IMG/VR virus record: IMGVR_UViG_3300029853_000009
Direction: 5' to 3' (one strand)
Length of the DNA: 58,930 nt
Source: a virus
Shown in pieces: positions 16,103-24,783 of this stretch. A model generated the notes under the pieces. That model was not told the DNA's origin and searched no databases. It saw only the letters and a list, made by a program, of their open reading frames with translations. The position numbers and the translations under genes are program-made. The stretch's first letter is position 1. Each line of letters opens with the position of its first letter.

Positions 16103-16504
16103 TTATATTTCTCTTGTTTTATCAATAAATTTTTCAAATTCCCTACGTTTAACAAGGCATTTCCCTTTGCCTACAAAAAAGGCAAACGTACAGCCGGGTT
16201 GATTCAGTAATTCTCTAATTTTATTAAGTCCAATGTTGCTATATTCTGCTGTTTCTTCAACCGTCAACAATGCTTTCTCCCAAATTGGGATTGTTTTATT
16301 CATGTTATCAGTCCTTTCTATTTTGTTTTTTATGTCAACTATGCGGCGAGAAACCGTGGCTTTTGATAATAATATTTTTTGACTTATCTGTTCCAAGCTC
16401 TTGCCGCAAGCTAACATTTTAAATATTTGCATTTCCTCTTCTGTGAAGTTGGCATTTTCGATAATTTTTTCAAGCTCCGGCTTAGTTAATTCCGAAAAAT
16501 TCAT
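16103..16504 (-). CDS. Fusion-like sigma-70 region-4/LuxR HTH plus excisionase-type HTH protein
   Basis: N-terminal half EEEMQIFKMLACGKSLEQISQKILLSKATVSRRI; C-terminal half LLTVEETAEYSNIGLNKIRELL (Xis/MerR-type HTH); adjacent to int. Confidence 0.6.
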   Translation of the reverse strand: MNFSELTKPELEKIIENANFTEEEMQIFKMLACGKSLEQISQKILLSKATVSRRIVDIKNKIERTDNMNKTIPIWEKALLTVEETAEYSNIGLNKIRELLNQPGCTFAFFVGKGKCLVKRREFEKFIDKTREI

Positions 16505-16521
16505 AAGCCGTTTCCCTTCAA

Positions 16522-16659
16522 TTATTTGTTTTTATGCTCCGGGCATTTACCAGTACGGTTCTTACAACCGTAAATTGCCGCGCCTTGCTTATTTGTGCCT
16601 AAATAAAACTTATGCTTGCATTTATCACAGCCTTTGTCAATTGCGCTATTTATGTTCAT
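16522..16659 (-). CDS. Hypothetical 45-aa Cys-containing protein
   Basis: MNINSAIDKGCDKCKHKFYLGTNKQGAAIYGCKNRTGKCPEHKNK. Confidence 0.35.
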   Translation of the reverse strand: MNINSAIDKGCDKCKHKFYLGTNKQGAAIYGCKNRTGKCPEHKNK

Positions 16660-17311
16660 TTTTAGTACCTCGATTCCATTTAAAAACTATGTTATTGTCC
16701 TGCTGCCAGTATGTATTATTATGTGGGCTTTTTAATCCATTTTCACGGCATTTATCCCAACACGATTGACACAACTGGCCTGTTTCACGGTCTATAGGAT
16801 TGCCGCAGTGGTAGCATAGATTATTAGCTTTGCGATACTCTTTTATATCTATTTTGTCGTAATATTGCTTTTTATGCGCTTGAGCGTTCTTTTTTAAGCA
16901 TATTGCACATTTGGCTTTAGGCTTTGCCGCTGGACGTTTACCACAACGGGTACAAATACCTTGTTCTTTTCGTTGTTGGTACAGCGCCCGCTGCTGTTTT
17001 TTGAATCTCTCATTGTATTGTTTTTGTTTTTCATCAGATATGGGATGGTTTGCACGGTATATAGCTTTTTTTGCTAAACATTCCGGGCAAATATGTTCAT
17101 CGCCAAAAAGTTTGTTTTTTTTGCATTGCGGACAAATTTTGTGTTCTTTGCACCACTCACGAAATTCTTTTTCACGTTCGTTATTTTTCTTTAAACAATC
17201 CGAACAGTAGTAACCAGTTCTGTCAAGCGGCTTTCCGCAACGTGGACATAATCCATTATTTTTCCGTTTTATATAAAAATTGTGACTTATTTCTTTTTGT
17301 GTCAATGGCAT
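16646..17311 (-). CDS. Protein made of repeated zinc-ribbon units
   Basis: Four CxxC(n)CxxC units: CPRCG..CSDC, CPQC..CPEC, CTRCG..CAIC, CYHCG..CQSC. Confidence 0.6.
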   Translation of the reverse strand: MPLTQKEISHNFYIKRKNNGLCPRCGKPLDRTGYYCSDCLKKNNEREKEFREWCKEHKICPQCKKNKLFGDEHICPECLAKKAIYRANHPISDEKQKQYNERFKKQQRALYQQRKEQGICTRCGKRPAAKPKAKCAICLKKNAQAHKKQYYDKIDIKEYRKANNLCYHCGNPIDRETGQLCQSCWDKCRENGLKSPHNNTYWQQDNNIVFKWNRGTKNEHK

Positions 17312-17376
17312 TTTTTACTATTGAGTAAAACCGGTTTTAATGTGCGCACAAACCTCATTACTCCTTTTAATAAATT

Positions 17377-17991
17377 TTATTTCCCAATATTGGTTATCTT
17401 ATCTTTTAAATACACTGGCATCGGAATAGCCTTATATTCTAATTCATTTTCTTTTGAAGTTTCAATAACTTTAACATCTGAACTCTTACAACTATTACTA
17501 AAATATAAAGATTTTATATCTCCCGGCAAACTAATTAATTCTTTCTGCCTTGACACCTCCTCTCTATAAGCCCTCATAAAATTACTGCTCACAACACTCT
17601 CATTAAAATGTTCATCTGTAGCCCATGTTAATAACATACTCGGTGAACCTACAGCATTTTTTATAGCTGTAGGAAACTTGCTAAATTCTTCCTCCGCTCC
17701 ATATGTACCATTTCTAAGTGCTTTGCTAACAATACTCCACGCCTCTAGTTCATTTAATTCTCGTGGTTTCGAGAGTGTGTTAATGTTTTCTATTATCTTA
17801 CCTAAACTTGGTGCAAATCCTGTTGTGTCTGTTACTATATATTTTCTTATAGCTGAGTCACATAATGTATATGAATAATCTTTTAGCATCGAAAAATATA
17901 ATTTAATTGTAGCTTCTGCGTCTACCACCTTAAAATTAGGATATGCAATTGTTATTGTTGTAAGTATTTTAGCCGTTTCTTCCTCTGTCAT
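17377..17991 (-). CDS. G39P-like replicative helicase loader
   Basis: N-terminal TAKILTTITIAYPNFKVVDAEATIKLYFSMLKDYSYTLCDSAIRKY fits the SPP1 G39P-type pattern; follows the replisome organiser. Confidence 0.5.
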   Translation of the reverse strand: MTEEETAKILTTITIAYPNFKVVDAEATIKLYFSMLKDYSYTLCDSAIRKYIVTDTTGFAPSLGKIIENINTLSKPRELNELEAWSIVSKALRNGTYGAEEEFSKFPTAIKNAVGSPSMLLTWATDEHFNESVVSSNFMRAYREEVSRQKELISLPGDIKSLYFSNSCKSSDVKVIETSKENELEYKAIPMPVYLKDKITNIGK

Positions 17992-18802
17992 TAACCTCAT
18001 CTCCTCTAGCTTTTTTCAAAAACACATTCAACTGGTCGGCTTGCGTGTTAATAGTGTTAATATAAGTGTTTCTCGTTATAATTTTCTGATTTAGGTAACT
18101 TTCAAATTTGTTACCAAACAACGTCTCTGGCCGCAGAAATTTCTCCATATCTGTCCCTCGCCATTCGGACGTTTTTTTATCAATTACAGTCTTAAAATCA
18201 TCCAATGCAAAGCCGTCTTTTATTCTTGTTTTTATTAGCCTTTTAGTTTTTTCAGACGTTGATTTATAGTTGGTAGCCGCAGCTATGTTCAAATAGTCAA
18301 TAACATCTTTAACAATTTGACTATTATTCTTTTCATCATCATCAGTGAATTCTTCTATATTCGTAGACTCTTCTGTGACGTCTTGCCTAACATATTGACA
18401 TGGTTGTTGGTCATTCTTATAACATTCTATTTGTCTAAAAATGTAATCCTTAAAGTTTTCGCTTGCTATCTTATTGGCAATTGTTTTAATTCCCGTCAAT
18501 ATTTTTTCAGATGAAGTCCAATTGTATTTATGCCAATTAAGCAATAAAATTTCTCCTGTGGCTTCGTCAAATTTTAATACATCGTGAACTTCATCAAAAC
18601 GCTTTATCAGCCTAATAATAGTATCTTTGCTATATCCAGTATCTTTTACCATTGTTCCATAACTAACTTTGTAGCATCCACTTATATTTGTTTGCGGATT
18701 AGTTAAAAGATATAAGTAAAAATATTTATCCTCTGGCGTAAATTCCTCTTCGACTTTTGAATCGCTCCAGAAGGACAATCTAACATTTCTGTACATTGCC
18801 AT
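17969..18802 (-). CDS. Phage replisome organiser (DnaD-like N-terminal domain plus conserved phage C-terminal domain)
   Basis: FWSDSKVEEEFTPEDKYFYLYLLTNPQTNISGCY, and C-terminal VIDYLN...KSTSEKTKRLIKTRIKDGFALDDFKTVIDKK. Confidence 0.7.
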   Translation of the reverse strand: MAMYRNVRLSFWSDSKVEEEFTPEDKYFYLYLLTNPQTNISGCYKVSYGTMVKDTGYSKDTIIRLIKRFDEVHDVLKFDEATGEILLLNWHKYNWTSSEKILTGIKTIANKIASENFKDYIFRQIECYKNDQQPCQYVRQDVTEESTNIEEFTDDDEKNNSQIVKDVIDYLNIAAATNYKSTSEKTKRLIKTRIKDGFALDDFKTVIDKKTSEWRGTDMEKFLRPETLFGNKFESYLNQKIITRNTYINTINTQADQLNVFLKKARGDEVNDRGRNG

Positions 18803-18806
18803 TCAA

Positions 18807-19094
18807 TCACTCCCTTAATATAATCATCTTCTTAGCTAATGCGTACCCGTATTCACGATTAGCTCCTGCGGACTTATGCCATCCTTTAAGCATGTAAATA
18901 TTGTCGCATATTCTTAACAAGTCCATGCACATATCCATGTATTCTTCATATGTTGCACTCTTTGGCATAATATTATTTAATCTTGTCGGATTAACAACTT
19001 CAAATCCCAGTGCCTTAAGCTCATGTTCAGCATTAAGAAACTGTGCAATATAATTCTTATTGCCTGTAATCGCCCCAGATATATAAACTCTCAT
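18807..19094 (-). CDS. DUF4406-like (nucleoside deoxyribosyltransferase-fold) protein
   Basis: MRVYISGAITG...NP...CDNIYMLKGWHKSAGANREYGYA pattern. Confidence 0.5.
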   Translation of the reverse strand: MRVYISGAITGNKNYIAQFLNAEHELKALGFEVVNPTRLNNIMPKSATYEEYMDMCMDLLRICDNIYMLKGWHKSAGANREYGYALAKKMIILRE

Positions 19095-19309
19095 TTATTT
19101 TCCCCCAATTCTTCAATAAGTTCATCCATATTTTTATCAAATTCAACAACCTTTTCTAGCAAATCCATAACCTCTGCTTCTTTATTTACATTGCGTGACC
19201 CTGTATGTATCATTTCGCTACCATCGGGTCTGCGGATTATCATGGAGCTTTTACCATAAAGTACAGCAGAATATCCATTGGAATGTTTAAATGTCTTTTG
19301 TTCTTCCAT
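19091..19309 (-). CDS. Hypothetical protein
   Basis: 72-aa coupled ORF. Confidence 0.5.
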   Translation of the reverse strand: MEEQKTFKHSNGYSAVLYGKSSMIIRRPDGSEMIHTGSRNVNKEAEVMDLLEKVVEFDKNMDELIEELGENK

Positions 19310-19313
19310 AAAA

Positions 19314-19505
19314 TCACCTCACTAAATCCTTAATATTAATTCCACATCCGTCAAATTTATTACCGCCACTCTTAACATAAGTGCCAGTATCAAAAAACAT
19401 AAGATTGCCATTTTTATCCGTCGCAATTGACACTCCATTTCTTATAAGAATACTCTTTAACAAGTCAAGGGCTACTGTTATTTCGTGTTTTGTATCATCT
19501 GTCAT
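19314..19505 (-). CDS. Hypothetical protein
   Basis: 63-aa coupled ORF. Confidence 0.5.
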   Translation of the reverse strand: MTDDTKHEITVALDLLKSILIRNGVSIATDKNGNLMFFDTGTYVKSGGNKFDGCGINIKDLVR

Positions 19506-19774
19506 AGCTTACTTTCCTTTCGCAAATAATCCATGTATCCAATCGACTGATTAAGAACATAGACAGAAACTGCATTTGTTATTCTGTCGATAAGTTCAAA
19601 CTCTGTTTCTACATTGCTTTTATAAAAGTTGTACGCTTTTTCTACAACTTTGGCTATTTGACTATATTGTACTTCCCCCTGGTTGTTTATCCAACTGGTT
19701 AAGCTCATTACGGATTTTCCCTCAATTTTTTCCCTTAAAAAATCAGATATTTCAAACTGTCCATTCTTTTCCAT
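19502..19774 (-). CDS. Hypothetical protein
   Basis: 90-aa coupled ORF. Confidence 0.5.
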   Translation of the reverse strand: MEKNGQFEISDFLREKIEGKSVMSLTSWINNQGEVQYSQIAKVVEKAYNFYKSNVETEFELIDRITNAVSVYVLNQSIGYMDYLRKESKL

Positions 19775-19794
19775 GTCATGCTCCTTTTAACTAC

Positions 19795-20643
19795 TTAAAC
19801 ACCAGTTAAATCAAAAATGCTCATCTGTGGGTCTTTATGGAAGACAAGCATTTCATCCTTTGCTCTCTGGTAGAAATTTCTGTCAATTTCAAATCCGTAA
19901 GCACTTCTATTAAGTTCTGCGGCAGCCCTTAATGTACTACCGCTTCCACAACAAGGGTCAATCACTATATCTCCCTCGTCTGTAAATATTTTTATTAATT
20001 TTTTAAGGACTGCTACGGGTTTTTGAGCTGGGTGAATCTTTGGGATGTCTTTCCCGTCTTTCTCCCAATTAAACCAATTAAATACCATATGTCCAGTCCC
20101 TCTGATGTTCTTTCCGTTTTCGTCTACCTGTAAGCCATTTCTGAATTTCGGTAACTTATTTCGATATAACACAAGTGCATATTCCGTAGCACCTACAATA
20201 CGCATATTTGCCTTAAGTACCTGTGGACTGTAATTTTTACAGAACACAAGCGGTATGTAATTTACAAATCCGTGTTTCTTCGCTGCTGCAATTAATGTTG
20301 ATAACTGCTCAAATGAACAGAATACAATCATACAAGGGCTGTTGCTACTTCTGCCCCTAGCGATAGGCTTTGTATCTTCTTTCTTTAACATCTTTGAGCA
20401 AAAGTGAAAGTATTCATAGAGATTAAAGTTAAAATCCGAATTGAAAGCCGCTTTTTTTGCAAGTTTGCTTTCTCCGTTCTTATTATCACCGCCGTTATAC
20501 CACATAGGGTTACTTCCATAAAAGTTAGTTCCGACATTGTAAGGAACATCAGCTATAATAAGTTGCGCTGGTGGTATTGTATATTTTTTGTAATTCTGCA
20601 TAGAATCACGATATATCTCACATTTAATCTTCTTTTTATACAT
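19795..20643 (-). CDS. DNA N6-adenine/N4-cytosine methyltransferase (beta class)
   Basis: Motif IV DVPY, then HPAQKP, then motif I IDPCCGSGST. Confidence 0.85.
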   Translation of the reverse strand: MYKKKIKCEIYRDSMQNYKKYTIPPAQLIIADVPYNVGTNFYGSNPMWYNGGDNKNGESKLAKKAAFNSDFNFNLYEYFHFCSKMLKKEDTKPIARGRSSNSPCMIVFCSFEQLSTLIAAAKKHGFVNYIPLVFCKNYSPQVLKANMRIVGATEYALVLYRNKLPKFRNGLQVDENGKNIRGTGHMVFNWFNWEKDGKDIPKIHPAQKPVAVLKKLIKIFTDEGDIVIDPCCGSGSTLRAAAELNRSAYGFEIDRNFYQRAKDEMLVFHKDPQMSIFDLTGV

Positions 20644-20710
20644 TTTAAATCTACCAAAAGGAAACCTCGGTTTTATGTCGCGACAACCTATTCCTTTCTT
20701 TGATTTTTAG

Positions 20711-21223
20711 TTAGTACATACCCATACTTCCAAAATCTTTTAATGGGTAATCACACTTATGATTATTGGCAAAAACTTTAACCGAACATCTTCCGTCACT
20801 CATTTCAAATTCACAGCCTTTGCAACGAAATACTAAATCTTTCTCGGCTTCTGTTTTCTCACAATCCATACACCAATTTTTAGTAAAAACATCTAATCCG
20901 TGTATCGCTTCTGTTATGTTATCAGTGTTTCCTCTTGTAATCTTCATTCTGAACCACCTGCTTTCAAGCATATCCGCCTTAATAAGTTCGTAGATAATAT
21001 CAAGATATGTCCTGTGGTCCCTGTATTGGCAATTTGCGTCTTTGTGTATTCTTGGGTCATTATCTCTCCAATCATTAACATCAAAAAGCACATTACTCAC
21101 AAAAAGCATTTTCACGCCTTTTGCAACACAAAGGTAATAGCAACCATTCTTACCATATTCGCCCTTACATTTCTTAAATCCAAATTTTTCAAACTCTTTG
21201 GCTTTAACTTTCGGAATTAGCAT
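20711..21223 (-). CDS. Hypothetical Cys-rich protein
   Basis: RBS AGGTGAG before the ATG at 21223. Confidence 0.5.
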   Translation of the reverse strand: MLIPKVKAKEFEKFGFKKCKGEYGKNGCYYLCVAKGVKMLFVSNVLFDVNDWRDNDPRIHKDANCQYRDHRTYLDIIYELIKADMLESRWFRMKITRGNTDNITEAIHGLDVFTKNWCMDCEKTEAEKDLVFRCKGCEFEMSDGRCSVKVFANNHKCDYPLKDFGSMGMY

Positions 21224-21818
21224 TGTTCTCACCTACTTTCAATAAATCCATAAATTTCTCATACTGCTTCTGCGATACCTTGTTATGCTTCTTATCATCT
21301 CTAATTTCGATTTTAAGGTGCTTTTCTGCGATAGATGATAATTCCCTTGCTAACACCTTTTTACCTTGCTGTATGCCTTGCATATAGCCTTTAGGTGCTT
21401 TTCTCTCGCCTATTGAACCACTAGCACGATTTTCTCCTTGACCGCCTAAACTGACATTTCTAAGCTGATAGCCTTTATCGGCATATAGCTTGATGTAATA
21501 CTTCTCTTTCTCGTCAAGCCGGCTTTCAGGAAAATTCAGAAATTCAACTCGCCAACCATAAGGGTTTTTCTCTTTGTCATACAGCTTGTGGCGTTTCAAA
21601 CTAAGGTCTATATGCTGTTCATATCCTACAAGGTGGCTTGCCAATCTACTAAGTGTATGTACCGCCTGTCCGATATAAGCGTACTTGAATCCGTTTTCAT
21701 CTTCTCGGAGCAAGAAATATATTCCACTTTTGTCATTCAGCTTTGGATTCAGCTTCAATAGTCGCTTTTTGTTTTCCTGTTCAATCGCCTTGGCTCTTGC
21801 TATGTTTTGATAATTCAA
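21204..21818 (-). CDS. GIY-YIG nuclease (free-standing homing-endonuclease-like)
   Basis: GIYFLLREDENGFKYAYIGQA...E(K)YYI pattern. Confidence 0.7.
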   Translation of the reverse strand: MNYQNIARAKAIEQENKKRLLKLNPKLNDKSGIYFLLREDENGFKYAYIGQAVHTLSRLASHLVGYEQHIDLSLKRHKLYDKEKNPYGWRVEFLNFPESRLDEKEKYYIKLYADKGYQLRNVSLGGQGENRASGSIGERKAPKGYMQGIQQGKKVLARELSSIAEKHLKIEIRDDKKHNKVSQKQYEKFMDLLKVGENNANSES

Positions 21819-22288
21819 TCGTTATCACTCCAATCAATTTTTTGACCGCACTCATTGCAGTAATTACATTTTCTTTGGTCGTGTGAATGGTTTTGAGACC
21901 GATTATATCTCTGTCCGACAAACCAACCGCAAATAGGGCATACCCAATCTTGCCATTTTGTTACTCTATATTCTCCGTGTCCATTCTCATAATCAACAAA
22001 ACTCCCGGTTTCTCCATTTTTTAAAATAGGTTTCTTCGGTATCTGCTTTTCTCTCGCTGTCCTGCACTCTTCCAAAGTCCCAATCTTGCGATATTGACGC
22101 CAATCGCTTAATGCTTCAAAATAATTGCTTTTCATATCCTGTAATTCTTCCGGTGTGCCAATTTCCCGGTACTGTTGTACTTTTTCAAGTGCCTGTATTG
22201 CAAGACCAAGCGCTTCTGCAAAAATTGAACACTCTGGATGATGTACTATCTCTGCTTTCAAGATTGTGTTTGCTTCACTCTCTGTCAT
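21815..22288 (-). CDS. Hypothetical protein with a C-terminal zinc finger
   Basis: CPICG...CNYCNECG. Confidence 0.5.
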   Translation of the reverse strand: MTESEANTILKAEIVHHPECSIFAEALGLAIQALEKVQQYREIGTPEELQDMKSNYFEALSDWRQYRKIGTLEECRTAREKQIPKKPILKNGETGSFVDYENGHGEYRVTKWQDWVCPICGWFVGQRYNRSQNHSHDQRKCNYCNECGQKIDWSDND

Positions 22289-22300
22289 ACTTACACCTCT

Positions 22301-22732
22301 TTAATCAAATGGTAATCCCTCATCAGCTACGCCATCTGGAATTGACATAAAGCTGTCTGAACTAGCATTACCGCCCATAATTCCGTTACTGTTATTATTC
22401 TTCTGATTAGAACGACTTTCGCAAAATTCGTGTTTTTCAACAACACAATCATTAGTGTAGACTTTCTGTCCGTCCTTGTTAATGTAGTTGCCTGTCTGCC
22501 ATCTACCCTCAACGATTATCTTAGTTCCCTGGTGCAAATACTTCTCTGCAAACTCTCCATTCTTGCCAAATGCGATACAGTTAATAAAGTCTGCTGCCTG
22601 TTCGCCCTCTTTCTTGAAAGCTCTGTCAACAGCTAATGTGTACTTTGCTACTGCCATACTTCCGTTTGCTGTCTGTGAATATCTTACCTCTGGCTCTCTA
22701 GTCAGTCTGCCACATAAAATTACACGATTCAT
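22301..22732 (-). CDS. ssb: Single-stranded DNA-binding protein
   Basis: MNRVILCGRLTREPEVRY OB-fold start and an acidic C-terminal tip DEGLPFD. Confidence 0.9.
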   Translation of the reverse strand: MNRVILCGRLTREPEVRYSQTANGSMAVAKYTLAVDRAFKKEGEQAADFINCIAFGKNGEFAEKYLHQGTKIIVEGRWQTGNYINKDGQKVYTNDCVVEKHEFCESRSNQKNNNSNGIMGGNASSDSFMSIPDGVADEGLPFD

Positions 22733-23193
22733 TGCTTTTCCTCACTTTCTACTAACTCAAATCTGTATTTCTGTTCTGTATTAGGATATTTCTCCTTATC
22801 AACCTCGCTCATAAATATTTCAAGAGGTCTGTTCCAGATATGCCCCTCATATTCATACACGACTGATATTTCTTCTGTTTCTGTATGCCTTGAAATACCG
22901 ATAATAGTAACAATCTTGCCTAGCTTGAAATGCTTATATTTCTCGCCTTTCTGTGGTAAAGGTCTGTCAAATTCTGTACTGATGTTATCTGCCTTAAAAT
23001 GCCTTGTGAGTAACGCAAGGTCACAGTTTGACTTATCTTCGCCATCAAGATTAAATTCTTCCGACTGTTCGATATGTAACTGTTGCCAATTTTCGTCATA
23101 TCCTACATCACTTATCACATCATATATATCTTCGAGTGAAATATTTTCACGATTGGAAACTAAATAGCCGCTAAATCTAAATATTTTTGCCAT
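22729..23193 (-). CDS. DUF1653-like protein
   Basis: KYKHFKLGKIVTIIGISRHTETEEISVVYEY...WNRPLEIF. Confidence 0.5.
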   Translation of the reverse strand: MAKIFRFSGYLVSNRENISLEDIYDVISDVGYDENWQQLHIEQSEEFNLDGEDKSNCDLALLTRHFKADNISTEFDRPLPQKGEKYKHFKLGKIVTIIGISRHTETEEISVVYEYEGHIWNRPLEIFMSEVDKEKYPNTEQKYRFELVESEEKQ

Positions 23194-23194
23194 A

Positions 23195-23614
23195 TTATTC
23201 CTCACTTTCTAATAAATCTTTATTGTCAAAAATGTTGCCGCACACTTCAAAATGTTCTCTGTCAAATTTGTCAATTGGTGCTATATCTTCGCTTCCATTT
23301 TCTTTTGAGCAAAATTCACTTCCACGCCACAAAATTCTTATATAAGTCTCATCTTCTGGATATTCATCATCTAAATGTGCAACCATGATGTCATTTTCCC
23401 AAATCAGCTTACCATTCTTATCTTTTAAGCCTGTGCATTGGCAGATGGTATCTTTCTTTACTTCTATAATATTTGATGTTGAAAACCAACCGGCTAATAT
23501 TTTGATTGCATGATTCGGAATAATCAAATAAGTGTCATTTACTTCAACAAGTTGCCCTTTAACCCATCTGCCGGAATCATCAAACTTACCCTTGAATAAA
23601 TATCTATCTTCCAT
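23195..23614 (-). CDS. YopX-family protein
   Basis: TGLKDKNGKLIWENDI...EVCGNIFDNKDLL. Confidence 0.7.
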   Translation of the reverse strand: MEDRYLFKGKFDDSGRWVKGQLVEVNDTYLIIPNHAIKILAGWFSTSNIIEVKKDTICQCTGLKDKNGKLIWENDIMVAHLDDEYPEDETYIRILWRGSEFCSKENGSEDIAPIDKFDREHFEVCGNIFDNKDLLESEE

Positions 23615-23622
23615 ATTTTCTC

Positions 23623-24003
23623 CTATTCTGCTTGAAGCCATTCAAGCCACTGCTTTTCACTTGAAAATTTAGTGTTATGGTAGTAAATCCATTCTGCTAA
23701 CTCTTCATCCGACATATTCCTGATTCTGTCGGCATTGGTCTTTTTTCTACCACATTTGCAACAAGGCTCATTATCTCTCGAATTGCTGTTGTGCTGGCAG
23801 TTACAAGTGTGATTAGTTTCATAATTTTGTATGCTTGCCACTTCTGTAAAAGCCACGAGCATATCGGCGTAGTATTTCAGCATACTATCTCTGTCAATGT
23901 TATGCTTATCCGCCATAGCGCATATACTTGCTAATGTGTCAGTTACTATGCTCTGTAAATCTTTCATTCCTTTGTCTGTAAGATTGCTCTGCTTATCACT
24001 CAT
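23623..24003 (-). CDS. Hypothetical protein
   Basis: 126-aa coupled ORF. Confidence 0.5.
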   Translation of the reverse strand: MSDKQSNLTDKGMKDLQSIVTDTLASICAMADKHNIDRDSMLKYYADMLVAFTEVASIQNYETNHTCNCQHNSNSRDNEPCCKCGRKKTNADRIRNMSDEELAEWIYYHNTKFSSEKQWLEWLQAE

Positions 24004-24601
24004 TTTCTCTACCTCTCAATTCTTTCAGTTTTGCTTCGGCTTCGGATTTTGTGAGGAATACTGTTTTGCCAAAATCTGAAATGTCTGGTTCTATTTCATC
24101 CAAACATTCACTTGGGCAGTCTCCAATAGGTTCAGAATATGCACTGCATTGATATGTGATATGTTTGTCTATAACAATACTGTCTACCTCATATTCTAAT
24201 ATCCCAAATTCGTTGCAATAGGCATAGACCACATCTCCCACTTTACAAGGTAACTTAATTAGTCTGCCCTGTTCCTCTAAATCCTCATATTCTTTTAACT
24301 TCTCCCTTAACTCAGCCATGGCCCATAAATTACGATAAAATACAGCTAATAATCCTATCTGACTATCTATTTCAACTGACAGCATTTCAGACACGTATTC
24401 GTCAAATTCTTCATCTGACATATAAGATAAATCTTCTTTACATATATCTTTAATAAGTTTTCTTACAAGTTCCCTGCTGTCGATATCTAATTCGTAATTC
24501 CTGTATCTCGCATTACATTTTTCATCTGCATAACAGCTGTTATATGCCAATTCAAGCATATTCATATCAGATGTTGTCTTGTTACTTGTTAATCTCTCCA
24601 T
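23996..24601 (-). CDS. Hypothetical protein
   Basis: 201-aa ORF. Confidence 0.55.
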   Translation of the reverse strand: MERLTSNKTTSDMNMLELAYNSCYADEKCNARYRNYELDIDSRELVRKLIKDICKEDLSYMSDEEFDEYVSEMLSVEIDSQIGLLAVFYRNLWAMAELREKLKEYEDLEEQGRLIKLPCKVGDVVYAYCNEFGILEYEVDSIVIDKHITYQCSAYSEPIGDCPSECLDEIEPDISDFGKTVFLTKSEAEAKLKELRGRENE

Positions 24602-24618
24602 TACTGCTCCTTTCCCTC

Positions 24619-24771
24619 TTAATCATCTTCTTTCTCTTTCTTCTTGGCTTCTACAAGACAATCGGCAATAGCTTCTTTAATAATCAAAGTATTGTATCTT
24701 TCAAGGCTGATTGTTATTGTTTTATCCTCATATTCTCTTATATTTCCTAAAATATCTTTGTATTTAGCCAT
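24619..24771 (-). CDS. Hypothetical 50-aa protein
   Basis: RBS AAAGGAG; MAKYKDILGNIREYEDKTITISLERYN... Confidence 0.45.
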   Translation of the reverse strand: MAKYKDILGNIREYEDKTITISLERYNTLIIKEAIADCLVEAKKKEKEDD

Positions 24772-24783
24772 ATAATCTCCTTT

